Shown: positions 33,001-45,040 of the stretch, in pieces
Position numbering within the stretch: position 1 is the first letter of the stretch
How the letters are laid out: each line of letters opens with the position of its first letter
DNA from: the human T2T-CHM13v2.0 reference genome, Homo sapiens
NCBI RefSeq assembly: GCF_009914755.1
Contig: NC_060938.1
Direction: 5' to 3' (one strand)
Length of the DNA: 64,000 nucleotides
Made by a program: the position numbers and the translations under genes
The notes under the pieces: model-generated
Seen by the model: only the letters and a program-made list of their open reading frames with translations
Told to the model about the DNA's origin: nothing
Database searches by the model: none

Positions 33001-36000
33001 CGGCTGCTAATGTAAGGTCAGGGCTTTAGTGCCCTGTGCCCCTGCTTGTCGCCACCCACCACCGGCCTCCCCACACCTTTGGAGCAGGTGGGGACCAGCA
33101 TGGATGGCCCTCTGGACTGGTGTGGGGGGCCCCTGCTTTGGAGGGGCTGCTGGCCAGTGGCAGGGGTTGGATTGGAGCCAGGCGGATCTCACCAACCCCC
33201 ATCCTTCAACACAACAGAAAGGGGCGGGTGGGAGGTTGGAGCCCCGGCCGTGTTAGCTGCTGTGGTGCCTCCAGCCAACCCTATTCCATCCCCAGGACCA
33301 CCTGCTCAGGGGTGCCCTGATCCCAGCAACCAAGGACTCCAGAAGGTAGGTATAAGTTCCATGGGCTTTGCAGGGAGGGGCTGAGCAGTCCCACACAGGC
33401 ACTCATTTGGAACCAAACAGAGGGCTGGGGACTGAACAGAGGCATTCTGACCCCACAGCAATGGGGAGCCATGGCGGGTCCTTGAGCAGAAGGGTAGGCT
33501 CTGGAATGTGTTTGAAGTTGATGCTGACAGCAGGTGTGGGGTGGACTGAGGGAAGATGGAGACCAGGGGTTGCCAGGGCAATGCCCAGGAGCAACGTAAG
33601 GAGGCCCCCAGGGTGCAAGGGAGGGCCAGGGGCAGGGCAGGAGGTGGGAGTCTTGGCCAGGAACATGCTGTAGGGCTAGGAACTACCCGGAAAAGGGTGA
33701 GTCTCAGGGGCTTGGACCCCCTCCCGGAGCAGAGGACTCCAGGGTCCCCAGCTGTGTGCCCTTCACTGTGAGGCAGTGTGAGTGCTGGCCCACTCACGAC
33801 ATGCCCAGACCTGCAGAATGGGAAAGGCCTTCCTGGTAACGGGGCCTCCAAGAGCAGGCAGGTGGCCTGTGAGCGGCATTTCCAAACATCAGACTTCGCA
33901 GGGCTGACTTGATGGCTACCAGCAAGCAAGTCCCACCATGGTTCCTGTGGGGCAGTCGGGGTGCTCAGGGAGGTGGGCTCCAGGCAGGGGACCTGGCCCA
34001 GCCTCACTGTGACCCCCGGAGTCCCAGCAAGGGGTGACTAGTGGGCACAGTGCCTTGGAGTGGGAGGAGGAGAAACCCTAAAATGAGGCCCACGCCCCAC
34101 AGCCGAGTGGCTCCCTGGAGCCAGCCCTGGCCCCGTCGTGCCCCAAGAAGGCCTGGCTGGCCAGGGCCTAGGGCTCCTGTGGGGTTGCCAGCACCACAGG
34201 GTCAGTACAGGCTGTCATCAGGCAGTCCAGCCACCCTGAGGGCAGGTGCTGGGGAAGGACCCTGTCCCACTCCCTCCATCACCTGTGCTGGGGCCACTGG
34301 CAGTCATAGGAGAGCAGAGCAGGCCCAAGGTAGGCGCCAGACATGGCGCCCTTGCAGCCAGCGTGTCCACGCCCATCCTCAAGCCGAGCCTGGTCACCAG
34401 CAGTGAGAAGGGAGGGTAGGCCCACGGCCCTGGCTCCCCTAAAGTCCTGTTTCCACGGAACGATGGCCCAGCATCTACTCCTCCCCAGGACCCCCGCTAA
34501 CTGGGAAGGGTCAGCCCCTGCCCTTTGCACTCTACCCCCAAGACATGCGGCCTCCTTGACCTCTCTATGCTCAAGCAAGTCTTGCCAGAACTAGGAAAAT
34601 CTGCCCCAAGCTATGATCCCAGCTGGTGCAGATGGTCCCAGGCTGTGGTGGGCCCTGTTCTATTCCTCCCAACAACCCTGCAGTCCATCCCACAAATCGG
34701 GACAATGCGCTGGGACAGCTGACATTCCAGAGGTGTCCAGGGACACACAGTGAATCCGTGTCCACTGGGGAGCGCCCACTAGGAGGGAGGAAGCCCAGGA
34801 GAGTGGGCGCTCGCAGGAAGCCCTCTGGCCTGGCCCGGTAGTCCTGGCGGGCTTCCAGGGGGAGGTGGAGCTGAGCCTCCTGCAGATGGGCGGAGCTGAG
34901 GGAGGCAGGCCTGGGGCAGTCGGGGTGAAGGCTCCAGGACTGCCAGGGCAGGAAACCACACAGGATGTTATGGAGAAGCAGGACGGCAGCAAGGGTGTAC
35001 AGCTGGGCCTGGTCACTCTGCCAAGCCCCTAGCCCGGCGGCTGCCTCCCCGCAGTGGCCTGTTTTCTCCGCGGCCATGCCAGGAGACGTGCCGGGGGCTG
35101 ACCGTAAGCTTCCCCCAGGAACTGCTGACACAAGCTCCTCCCACTGCATGCCTGTGTCTGGCTGGCCAAGCTCTGTCCCAGGACTTCCCTCCCACCAGGG
35201 CCCTGTTCCCATTCCCACCACAGGACCAAGGGGCCCTACTTAGCCTCCAGCCTCCCGGGCACCCCCTGGTCCTTACTGCAGCTGCGCTGGTGTCATTCTC
35301 CGTCCTGTGGGGTGAGCTCCAGCATGGCCGTGCGTGCTCTGCTGGGCAGTGCCAGGCCCGTCTCCACTGGCCTCAGACACGGCAAGGCTGGACCCCTACC
35401 CAGGGTCAGAGCTTAGGTGTGGGAAGGAGGGCGATGGAGCAGATAATGAGTCAATCAGACCTGGAGACGCTGGGGGCTGGTGAAGCACCAGGCAAGGAGT
35501 TTGGGGCTGCCCCTGGTACAGGAGCCGTATGGTCCTCACCCCACACCCCAGGGAGTCACCCAGCCAGGGCCAGGGGAGAGGCAGGTGACTGCCGTGTGCG
35601 GACTCTGCACTGGCTACTACACTGCCTGTGGGGCTGGAATGGGGGCTCCCAGAAAGGGGCTGGACTCCAGCCCCTGGAGGACAGGGTGTTAGGCAGCCAG
35701 CAGTGGGTGAACCCAAGGGCCAGGCCAGCACAGCACGGGGGCAGGGTGAGGGTCCCAGGTTGTGGCTCAGCCTGACGGGCCTTGCTGTGTAAGCTGCTCT
35801 CAGAGAGGGAGGTGGCTGGTCTCTTTCTTCCCTTGTGGAGATGCAGCCAGACAGGGGCCAGAGGCCCAATGAATTAATTATGGAGGGAAGGCAGCCCTGC
35901 TCTGAGCAGCGGGGCTCTGGATGAGGCGGTGGCTCCAGCTGCTGCAGGGCCCTGAAAGCACACTGCCCACCTCTGCCGGCCCCACCCAGCTGCAGGAGGC

Positions 36001-37157
36001 CCAGCCCCACCTGCCCTGGAAGCCTTCCAGGACTGTCAGGCAGGGGGATCTCCTGTAAGCGCCCACTCTCCTGGGCCTCTCCCCTCTGACAGGGCACTCC
36101 TGGGGCAGGTATCGCAGAGGGGGAGTTCCTGGGCCCTGGCCAGCTGCTCAGTGGGCAGCTGTGGGCCCTTCACTGGCTTCAGGTTCCTCTGAGCTGGTGC
36201 CCTCCCGCCTGCCTGTGGGTGGTGACACTGGGCTGGGACACATGAGTCCTCCCCACACTGGCCCCAGGGCACAATCAATACCCAGTGAGCCTTTCATTAC
36301 CTGGCTGTTAATTATTCAGCGCTCACTGGGAAGGCCACATGCCACATCCGTGCCCTCACCCCGCCCCACCCCATGGGAACACAACAGAAAGTGCCTGGGA
36401 GTGGGCAGGGAGGAGACGCTAAGCACACAGTGAGGAGACCACCCCTGGAAGCCCCCAGACCACAGCAGAGAGAAAGAGAGAGACAGAAAGAAGTCTTCCC
36501 TGGTGGGTGAGAGCCCAGGCTGTTCTTCCAAGGGCAGGAGGGAGGGAGGCAGGGAAGGAGGAAGGAAGGGGGGCCTGACCACCCAGGCCAGCCCCGGGGG
36601 CCAGCTCCACTGGCATCACAGCACTTAATTTGCACACAGCGCAGGAGGTGAGGCCTGCCTGTCTGCTCCCTCCAGGCCCAAGGTCACAGTGAAGGGACGC
36701 AGGGGATCCAGGGCAGTTGGATGCCCCGCAGGTGGGGGATGAAGACTTGGCCAAGCCCCCTCAAGCGCCAAGCTCTTTTACTAGGCAGTGTCTAAAAGCC
36801 CCTTGTGAGTGTCCCACCAGCCACATCCATTCTGTATCCTCTAAGAAAGCAAAGCAAAGGAAAGAAAGAGGGGAGGGGAGGGCAGGGGCAGGTCCTGAGG
36901 GCTGCAGGCCCCCGGGTCCCAGGTGAGTTTGTGGGTCAGCTCTCAGAGGTGTGAACACAGCCTTGGTGGGGCACCCAGATGCAGACTCTGGCCTCAGACC
37001 AGCCCCCACCTTGTTTGCGTCCCCCAAGTCAAGTAGCCGTCCCCCTGGCATGGGCCATCCCATGGCAAAGGGGTTGCAGGGAGGAGGTGTCCCTGTGGCC
37101 TGTGTCGGGGGTACACGCCAGCACAGAGGCTGAGCAGCCCAAGCCACCAGCTCCAGA

Positions 37158-39722
37158 TGCTACAGGTGGAGTTTGGATGTCGAAGCCCGAATCCCCAGTA
37201 CACAGAACGTGATCTTATTTAGAAATAGGGTCACTGCAGATGTGATTAGAAAAATGAGGCCACCCTGCAGCAGGGCAGGCCCCTCATCAGACATGACAGT
37301 TGTCCTTATAAAAAGAAGGAATTTGGATACAAACACGTGCACAGGGCAAACACCGAGGGGGTGAGAGCAAGGGTCGGGGTGATGTTTCCACAAGCCGTGG
37401 ACCCCAGAGACGGCCAGCAACCTCCAGAAACGAGGCAAGAGCTGTGGAACAAGTTCTCCCTCACAGCCCCGGAAGGACCCAGCCCTGTCAATGCCTGGAT
37501 CCTGGACTTTCTGCCTTCAAAACATTGCGGGAAAAAATCTCTGTTGTTTAAGCCACCCACGATCTGGTACAGGCAAATCTCAGAGATATTGTGGGTTCCA
37601 TTCCAGACCACTGCAATAAAGTGAGTTTTACAATACGGTGAGTCACATGAATTTTTTGGTTTCCCGGTACATATAAAAGTGACATTTTCACTGTACTGTA
37701 GTCTATTCAGCGTGCAATAGCATCGTCTAAAAAACAATGTACTTACCTTAATTAAAATACACTTCATTGCCAAACAATGCTAACGACCATCTGTGCCTTC
37801 AGTGAATCATCTTTTGCTGGTGAGGGTCTTGCCTCCATGTTGATGGCTGCTGTCTGATGGAGGTGGTGGGTGCTGAAGGCTGGGGTGGCTGTGGCAATTT
37901 CTTAGGACAACAGTGAAGCTGGCCTCATCAATAGACTTTTCCTTTCCTGAAAGATTTTGCTGTAGCGTGCGATTCTGTTGACAGCATTTTATCCACAGTA
38001 GTTCTTCTTTCAGCAGTGGAGTCAATTTTCCCAATCCTTGCCACTGCTCCATCAACTAAGTTTTGATGGAATATTCTAAATCCTTTGTTGTCATTTCAAC
38101 AGTGTTCACTTTCTTTTCTCATCCGTAAAAAGCAACTCTTCATCCATTCGAGTTTCTTCATGAGACTGCAGCAATTCAGTCACATCCTCAGGCTCCACTT
38201 CTAATTCTAGTTCTCTTGCTATTTCCACCACATGTGCAGTTCCTGCTTCCCTGAAGTCTTGAACCCTCAAAGTCATCCATGCGAGTTGGAATCCATTTCT
38301 TCTAAATTCCTGTCAATGTTGATATCTCAACCTCCTCCCATTCTTCACGGCTTCTAGAATGGAGAATCCTTTCTGAAGATTTTCCATTGACTTTGCCTAG
38401 ATCCATCAGAGAAATCACTGTCTATGGCAGTTACAGCCTTACAACATGTATTTCTTAAATAGTAAGACTTGAAAGTTGAAATGACTCCCTGATGCGTGGG
38501 CGGCCTGATGGATGTCGTGTGAGCAGCCATGAAAACAACGTTCGTCTCCTGCGAGTCTCCAGCAGAGCTCTTGGGTGACCAGGTCATGTCAATGAGCAGT
38601 CATATTTTGAAAGGAACCTTTTTTTTTTCTGAGCAGTAGGTATCAACGGTGAGCTTAAAATATTCAGCCAATCGTGCTGTAAACAGATGTGCTGTCATCC
38701 AGGCTTTGTTGTTCCATTTTCAGAACACAGACAGTCGACTTTGCGTAATTCTTAAGGGCCCTAGGATTTCAGGAATGGTAAATGAGCACTGGCTTCAACT
38801 TAAAGTCACCAGCTGCCTTCACTCCTAACAAGAGAGGCAGCCTGTCCTTTGAAGCTTTGAGGCCAGGCATCGACTTCTCCTCTCTAGCTATGAAAGTCCT
38901 AGATGGCATCTTCTTCCAATGGAAGGCTGTGTCTTCCACGTTGAAAATCTGTTGTTTAGTGTAGCCACCTTCGTCGATGATCCAAGCTGGATCTTCTGGA
39001 TAACTCGCTGCAGCCTCTCCGTCAGCACTTGCCGCTTCACCCTGCACTTTCATGTTCTGGGGACACACATTAAGCCTCACGAACCGACCTCTGCCAGCTT
39101 CCAGCTTTTCTTCTGCAGCTTCCTCATCCCTGTCAGCCTTCACAGAACTGAGAATCAGGGCCTCGCTGGGGGTGAGGCTTTGGCTTAAGGGGAGTGTGAT
39201 GGCTGCTTGGATCTATCCAGACCACTCGAGCTGTCTCCACATCAGCATTTTTAAAATTTTTAAAATTTCCTTATAGAACTTTTCCTTGGCATTCACAACT
39301 TGGCCAACCGGCACCAGATGCCCAGCTCCCAGCTTTCGGCCTGCATGGGGTCTCCACCTGCCTTCCTCACAGAGGTGAATCACTTCTAGCTTTTGATTTA
39401 AAGTGAGAGATGTGGCATGGTTCATGGTTTCCCCAGTTACACTAGTAACATCGAAGATCACTGACCACAGATCACCATAACATACAGTAATGATGCAAAA
39501 GCGTGCGATGTTGTGAGAATTACCAAAGTGTGACACAGAGATGTGACATGAGCAACGTGCTGTTAGAACAACAGCTCTGATTGACTTGTTCAACACAGGG
39601 CTGCCACAAACCCTCAATTTGTTAAAAAAAAATACAGTATCTGCAACGTGCAATAAAGTGAAGAGGAATAAAACAAGGTGTGCCTACACCTGGGTACGGC
39701 AGCCTAGGACACTAATGCCACA
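37158..39722 (+). mobile_element. MLT1C-like MaLR LTR split by Tigger1 (pieces 37158-37569 and about 39687-39722)
   Basis: ttatttagaaatagggtc...gcagatgtgatt and ctgttgtttaagccaccca motifs. The LTR 3' end (tacggcagcctaggacactaat) resumes after the transposon. Confidence 0.8.
37570..39686 (-). mobile_element. Tigger1 DNA transposon, near full-length (about 2.1 kb), transposase disrupted
   Basis: TIR-like ends caggcaaatctc and aaggtgtgccta, with ta/ca target dinucleotides. Minus-strand ORF remnants [36 protein letters not shown] and [13 protein letters not shown] are pogo/Tigger DDE-domain sequence. Confidence 0.93.
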
Positions 39723-42700
39723 GACGTGGGAACTGAATGGTGGGGTTTCGAGTAGTGTTTTCTGGGATTTGTACCACCAACCCATCCCTTTCTGATTATA
39801 CAAGGCTTCAGTGACAGATGGGGAAACTGAGGCATTGAGATTGGAAGAGATTCACCCACAACACCCACAAATCCATGGTGGGGCTGAGCCAGAGTCCCTA
39901 GCTCCCCTACCCCTGCCCATTCCCTATTCCGGGCCCTGTCCTTCCTTCCAGCTGCAACACAAAGGTGGTGTCCACCTTATTGATGGAGGGGCTGAGTCCC
40001 AGAGTCACCTGGTGCCTGCACAGAGGGAGACGGAGCTGGACCCCTGCCGGGGGTGGAGGCCCTGGACAACGGGCACAAGTGAGGCTCCAGACAGCATGGG
40101 AGACAGCCCAGTGGATGGTGGGTCAGGGAGGCTTCCTGGGGGAGGGTGCTCCAAGGGGCTGGAGGATGGACATGGTTTAGCAAACCTCGCTGGGGCAGAG
40201 ACAGGAAGGACACGGGTGAGTTGGGAGCTGAGCAGGCAGGCACTGGGCATGGGGCAGCAGCTGGAGACGGAGGGCTCAGGGCTCACTGGCACCAGGATGC
40301 CTCAGCTGGAGAGGAACAGCCAGCAGGATGGTAGGCCAGGAGGACAGCAGGACAGCAGTGGCCACACCACGTGGCCCACCGTCTGCTGGATGCCTGGGTG
40401 GTACACAGGCTTCCACTCCGCGGTGAATGCCCAAGGCCCTTTTATTCATGTTCGTAATTACAGAATGCAGGGCGCATTATCCACAATTTGCTTCACATGA
40501 AAAAGCAGGACCATTTGCTGAAGCCCTTCCCCGTGAAGTTCAGCACGCTGCTATCAATGAACCCGGAATCCTCTCCCGGCTGGCAAATGGAATCTTTTCT
40601 GCTCCTGACAAAGAGGAATGTCCTCAAGGTGAATCTTTTCATTCCTGCTCCTTTCAGCCAGCAATTTTGGTGGCTGACAGATTCTTCTGTGAGAAATGGC
40701 GATTTGATAAAATGCAAAGTGGATGCTATCGAGCTCACGGGCTTTTCAGAGGAGTTGGGAGCCATGGCCCTGGGCTCCTTTCCGCCCTCCATCCGCCTCC
40801 TCTTGCTCCTCCAAGCCCAGCCTGTGCATCCTGGAAAGCCAGGAGCAGGACTCCAGCCCCAGCCGCCACAGCAGGCAGCAGCTGACCACTTCGAAGCTAC
40901 CCGCCCCGACCCCACGAGGCCACACAGCCTCCCTCACCGGCTGGGCCTGGCTGAGACCCCGGACTTGGAGCAGGAGCAGACCTCAGCCAGTGCCCAGGAA
41001 CTGCTAGGTGAGGCCTGCACTGGGCAGCAACACCCCCTCACGAGGCACAGGAGCAGGACCTGGGCCTGGGCAGGGCTGGGGGGCAGACACCTCTGTCCAC
41101 AGCACATACGGCTTCTCCCAGCCACCCCGGGGTCCGTCGGAGAACCTGGGATCACGCAGGGCCCAGAACACGGCCAGCCAAGCCTCCTCCGAGCCCTCCT
41201 GGGAGTGCCCCCACCCTTACACCGGGCACGAGGCGACCAGAGTTTCAGGCCAGGGCTATGGAATGCTGTGGAGTCAGGCGAGTCTTGGGAGCAGGGATGA
41301 ACACAAGCCTTCCAACCATGTGGCTTTGGGCAAGTGATCTCTCAGAACTTCTGTTTTCTCCTCCATAAAACTTGCATGGGTTTATCTGCCGCTCCCAGCC
41401 AACCACATGGCCAGCTCTGTGCTCCAGAAGCATCTGAAAACAGCAGTGGGATGAGGGAATGAAAGAGCAAATGAGTGAATGACGGGGAGCAGCCATGGTG
41501 AGGGATGAGAGCCTGGCCTGCCCTTCCCCCACTGACCCCAGGACAGGATGGAACTAGCCGTGGAAGGTGGATTTGGGAAGACCCAGCTGTAGGGGCCTGG
41601 CAAGGGCTCTTCCGGCAGTATCCGCACGGGTGAGGGAGTGTGGATGGTTGTCATTCAGGAATTACTCAGACTGCAGGGTGAGGGATCACAGGCAGCTCTG
41701 GGACCCTTCCACAGAGGTGGTGCCTAATCACTGGGCTGAGGCTGTGATTTGCCTGCCTGCAGGGGAGCCCTGCCTGCTCCGACTTAAGACTCTGCCTCAG
41801 CACTAACTTTTAACGAGGGGGTGCCCCAGAGGGCCCCACCCACCCCAGAGTCAGAGGCCCGGCCGCAGCTCTGTCTCAGCACATTACAGGGAACCCAGGA
41901 GTTCTGATCCTGATTCCAGGCCAGCCGCCCCAGCACTGTCCCCCACGAGAGTCCTCAGGGGACAGCTCAGCCCAGCCACTCCGGCCCTCCCCACTCTGGA
42001 CCCTGAGGGTCACCTCCCTGCAAATGAGGCTTTCCCAGGCAGCAGGCCCCTTGCTTTCCGGGGCCCAGTGGCAGCTGCAGAGCAGGGCAGGCTCAGGCTG
42101 GTCTGGAAGCCCCTGCCCCTCACCTGCTGGAAGGCTGCTCTCCTCCAGAGCAGATCTGGTCCTTCCAGAAGCCTCCTCCTCCCCACCCAGCAGGGCTCTG
42201 CAGGCCTCCCCCTGCCTCAGGCTTCCCTCACTCCGCGCCACACTCCACTGTGCCACCCCCTTCAAGCCTGGCCCTGCTCGAGGCTGCAGCCGAATGCACC
42301 TCCTGGAGGGGCGCTGCTGATGCCCCTATTCCCCTCTTGTTCCTCGAGCCCTCTGCTTCCCTCTGCAGCAGCGTCTGCTGCTGGATGTGTGGTGTGTGGT
42401 GCATGGTGTACGTGCTGTGTGTACTTCCCATCCAGCTCGGGCACCGCTGTGGGGATCCAGGCCAAGGATGACCTGTCCAGTCTCCCACATGTGGCTCCAG
42501 CAAGTCCGTGTTTGAGGAAGAAAGGCCTGAGAATTCCAGTCTCCAAAGCAGGGAACCCTGGGCTCGGGGCTGGGGCTCAAGATCACTCACTTCTGGGGCA
42601 TGAGGCTGATCCCAGAGCTTCATGGAGCTAAGCAGCCTCCACAGTGGGTCAAAGTGGCAGTGGGGGCAGGGAGAGGAGCCAGGGACGTGTCTCATCCCCC

Positions 42701-42935
42701 CCAAGGGCCTAGAGAAGAGCCCAGGGGCCTGGAGTAGATGAAGCCTTACCAGGTTTGCCCAGGCCCTGGGGGAGGAGGGGCTGTGGCTGACCAGCCAGGA
42801 CACCTGCCTGATGTCTGGGCCTCTGGTGGCTGATGAGTACATCAGTGCATTTCACACTGAACTCCTAGCAAGGTGCGTCCACACAGGGAGAGTCCTCAGG
42901 CAGCTGGAACCATGCACCTGTGGGAGTTGAGAAAG

Positions 42936-45040
42936 CATTCACCCACTCACTTACTCACCCACTCACTCACTCACCCACTCACTCACCCACCCACCCACTC
43001 ACTCATTCACCCACTCACTCACCGACCCACTCACTCACCCACTCACTCATTTATCCACCCACTCACTCACTTACCCACTCACTCACCCACTGACTCACTC
43101 ACCCACTCACTCACCCACTCACCCACTCACTCACTCACCCACCTACCCACTCACTCACTCATTCACCCACTCACTCACCCACTCATTCACCCACTCACCC
43201 ACCCACTCGCTCATTCGCTCACTCACCCATTCACTCATTCACCCACTCACGCACCCACCCACCCACTCACTCACTCACCCACTCGCCCACTCACTCATTC
43301 ACCCACCGACTCACTCACCCACTCACTCATTCACCCACTCACTCACCCACCCACCCACTCATTCACCCACTCATTCATTCGTTCACCCACTCACTCACCC
43401 ACCCACCCACCCACTCACTCACCCACTCACTCACCCACTCACCCACTCACCCACTCACTCATTCACCCACTCACTCACCTACTCACTCACCCACCCACTC
43501 ACTCACTCACTTATTCACTCACTCCCTCACCCACTCATTCACCCACTCACTCATTCACTCACTCATTCACTCATTCAACCACTTACCTACTCACTCACCC
43601 ACCCACTCACTCACTCATTCACTCACTCACTCCCTCACCCACTCATTCACTCACCCACCCATTCACTCACTCATTCACCCACTTATTCACACCACTCACC
43701 CACTCATTCACTCACTCACCCACTCACTCACTCACTCACCCACTCACTCACCCATTCACCACTCACCCATTCACTCATTCAACCATTCACCCACTCACTC
43801 ATTCACCCACTCACTCACCCACTCACTCACTGATTCACCCACTCACTCGCTCACTCACCCACCCACTCACTCACTCATTCACCCACTCACCCATTCATTA
43901 CTCACCCATTCACTAATTCACCCATTCACCCATTCATTCACTCACCCCCTCACTCATTCACCCACTCACTCACTATTCACCCACTCACCCACTCTCTCAC
44001 TCTTTCACCCACTGATTCGCCCACTAACTCACCCATTCACCACTCCCCATTCACTCATTCACTCACCCACTCACTCGCACACCCACTAACTCATTCACCC
44101 ACTCACTCACTCACTCATTCACCCACTCACTCACCCATTGACTCACCCACTCACCCGTTCACTCAGCCACTCACCCACACACCCATTCACCTATTCACCC
44201 ACTCACCCATTCAGCCATTCACCCCCTCACTCATTCACCCATTCACGCACTCACTCATTCACCCATTCACCCACTCACTCACCCACTCACTCACTCACCC
44301 ACTCACACGCCCACTCACTCATTCACCCATTCACCAACTCACCCATTCACCCACTCACTAACCCACTCATTCACCCAATCACTCACCCATTCACCACTCA
44401 CTCACTCATTCACCCACTCACCCATTCCCTCACTCACCCATTCCCTCACTCACCCACTCACTCATTCATCCACTCACTCATTCACCCATTCACCCACTCA
44501 CCCATTCACCCACTCACTCATTCACCCACTCACTCATTCACCCACTCACTCACCCACTCACTCACCCACTTGCCCACTCACTCATTCACCCACTCACTCA
44601 CCCACTCACTCACCCACTCGCCCACTCACTCATTCACCCACTCACTCATTTACCCACCCACTCACCCATTCACTTATTCACCCATTCACCTATTCACCCA
44701 TTCACACATTCACTCCTTCACTCATTCACCCATTCACTGATTCACTCCTTCACTCATTTACCTGTTCACCCATTCACTCATTCACCCACTCACTCACTCA
44801 CTATCTCACCCATTCACCATCTCACCCATTCACCCATTCACCCTTTCTCCTGCTCACCCATTCACCCATTCACCACTTACCCATTCAACAGTTCACCGGT
44901 TCACCCATTCACCCACTCATTCATTCAGCCACTCACCCATTCACCCACTCCCCCATGCACCCATTTATCCCCTCACCCATTCACTCCATCAATTCTTTGC
45001 ACATTCACCCACTCGCTTACTTACCCACTCACGCATTCCG
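42936..45040. repeat. About 2.1-kb imperfect tetranucleotide expansion (CACT/CACC/CATT)n
   Basis: Continuous cactcacccactcactcattc units; G is nearly absent on the + strand. Confidence 0.97.

Noticed and set aside
42873-44740. His/Thr/Pro/Ser-rich ORFs of 347 and 200 aa
   Set aside because: Artefact of a G-free simple repeat that can rarely form stop codons.
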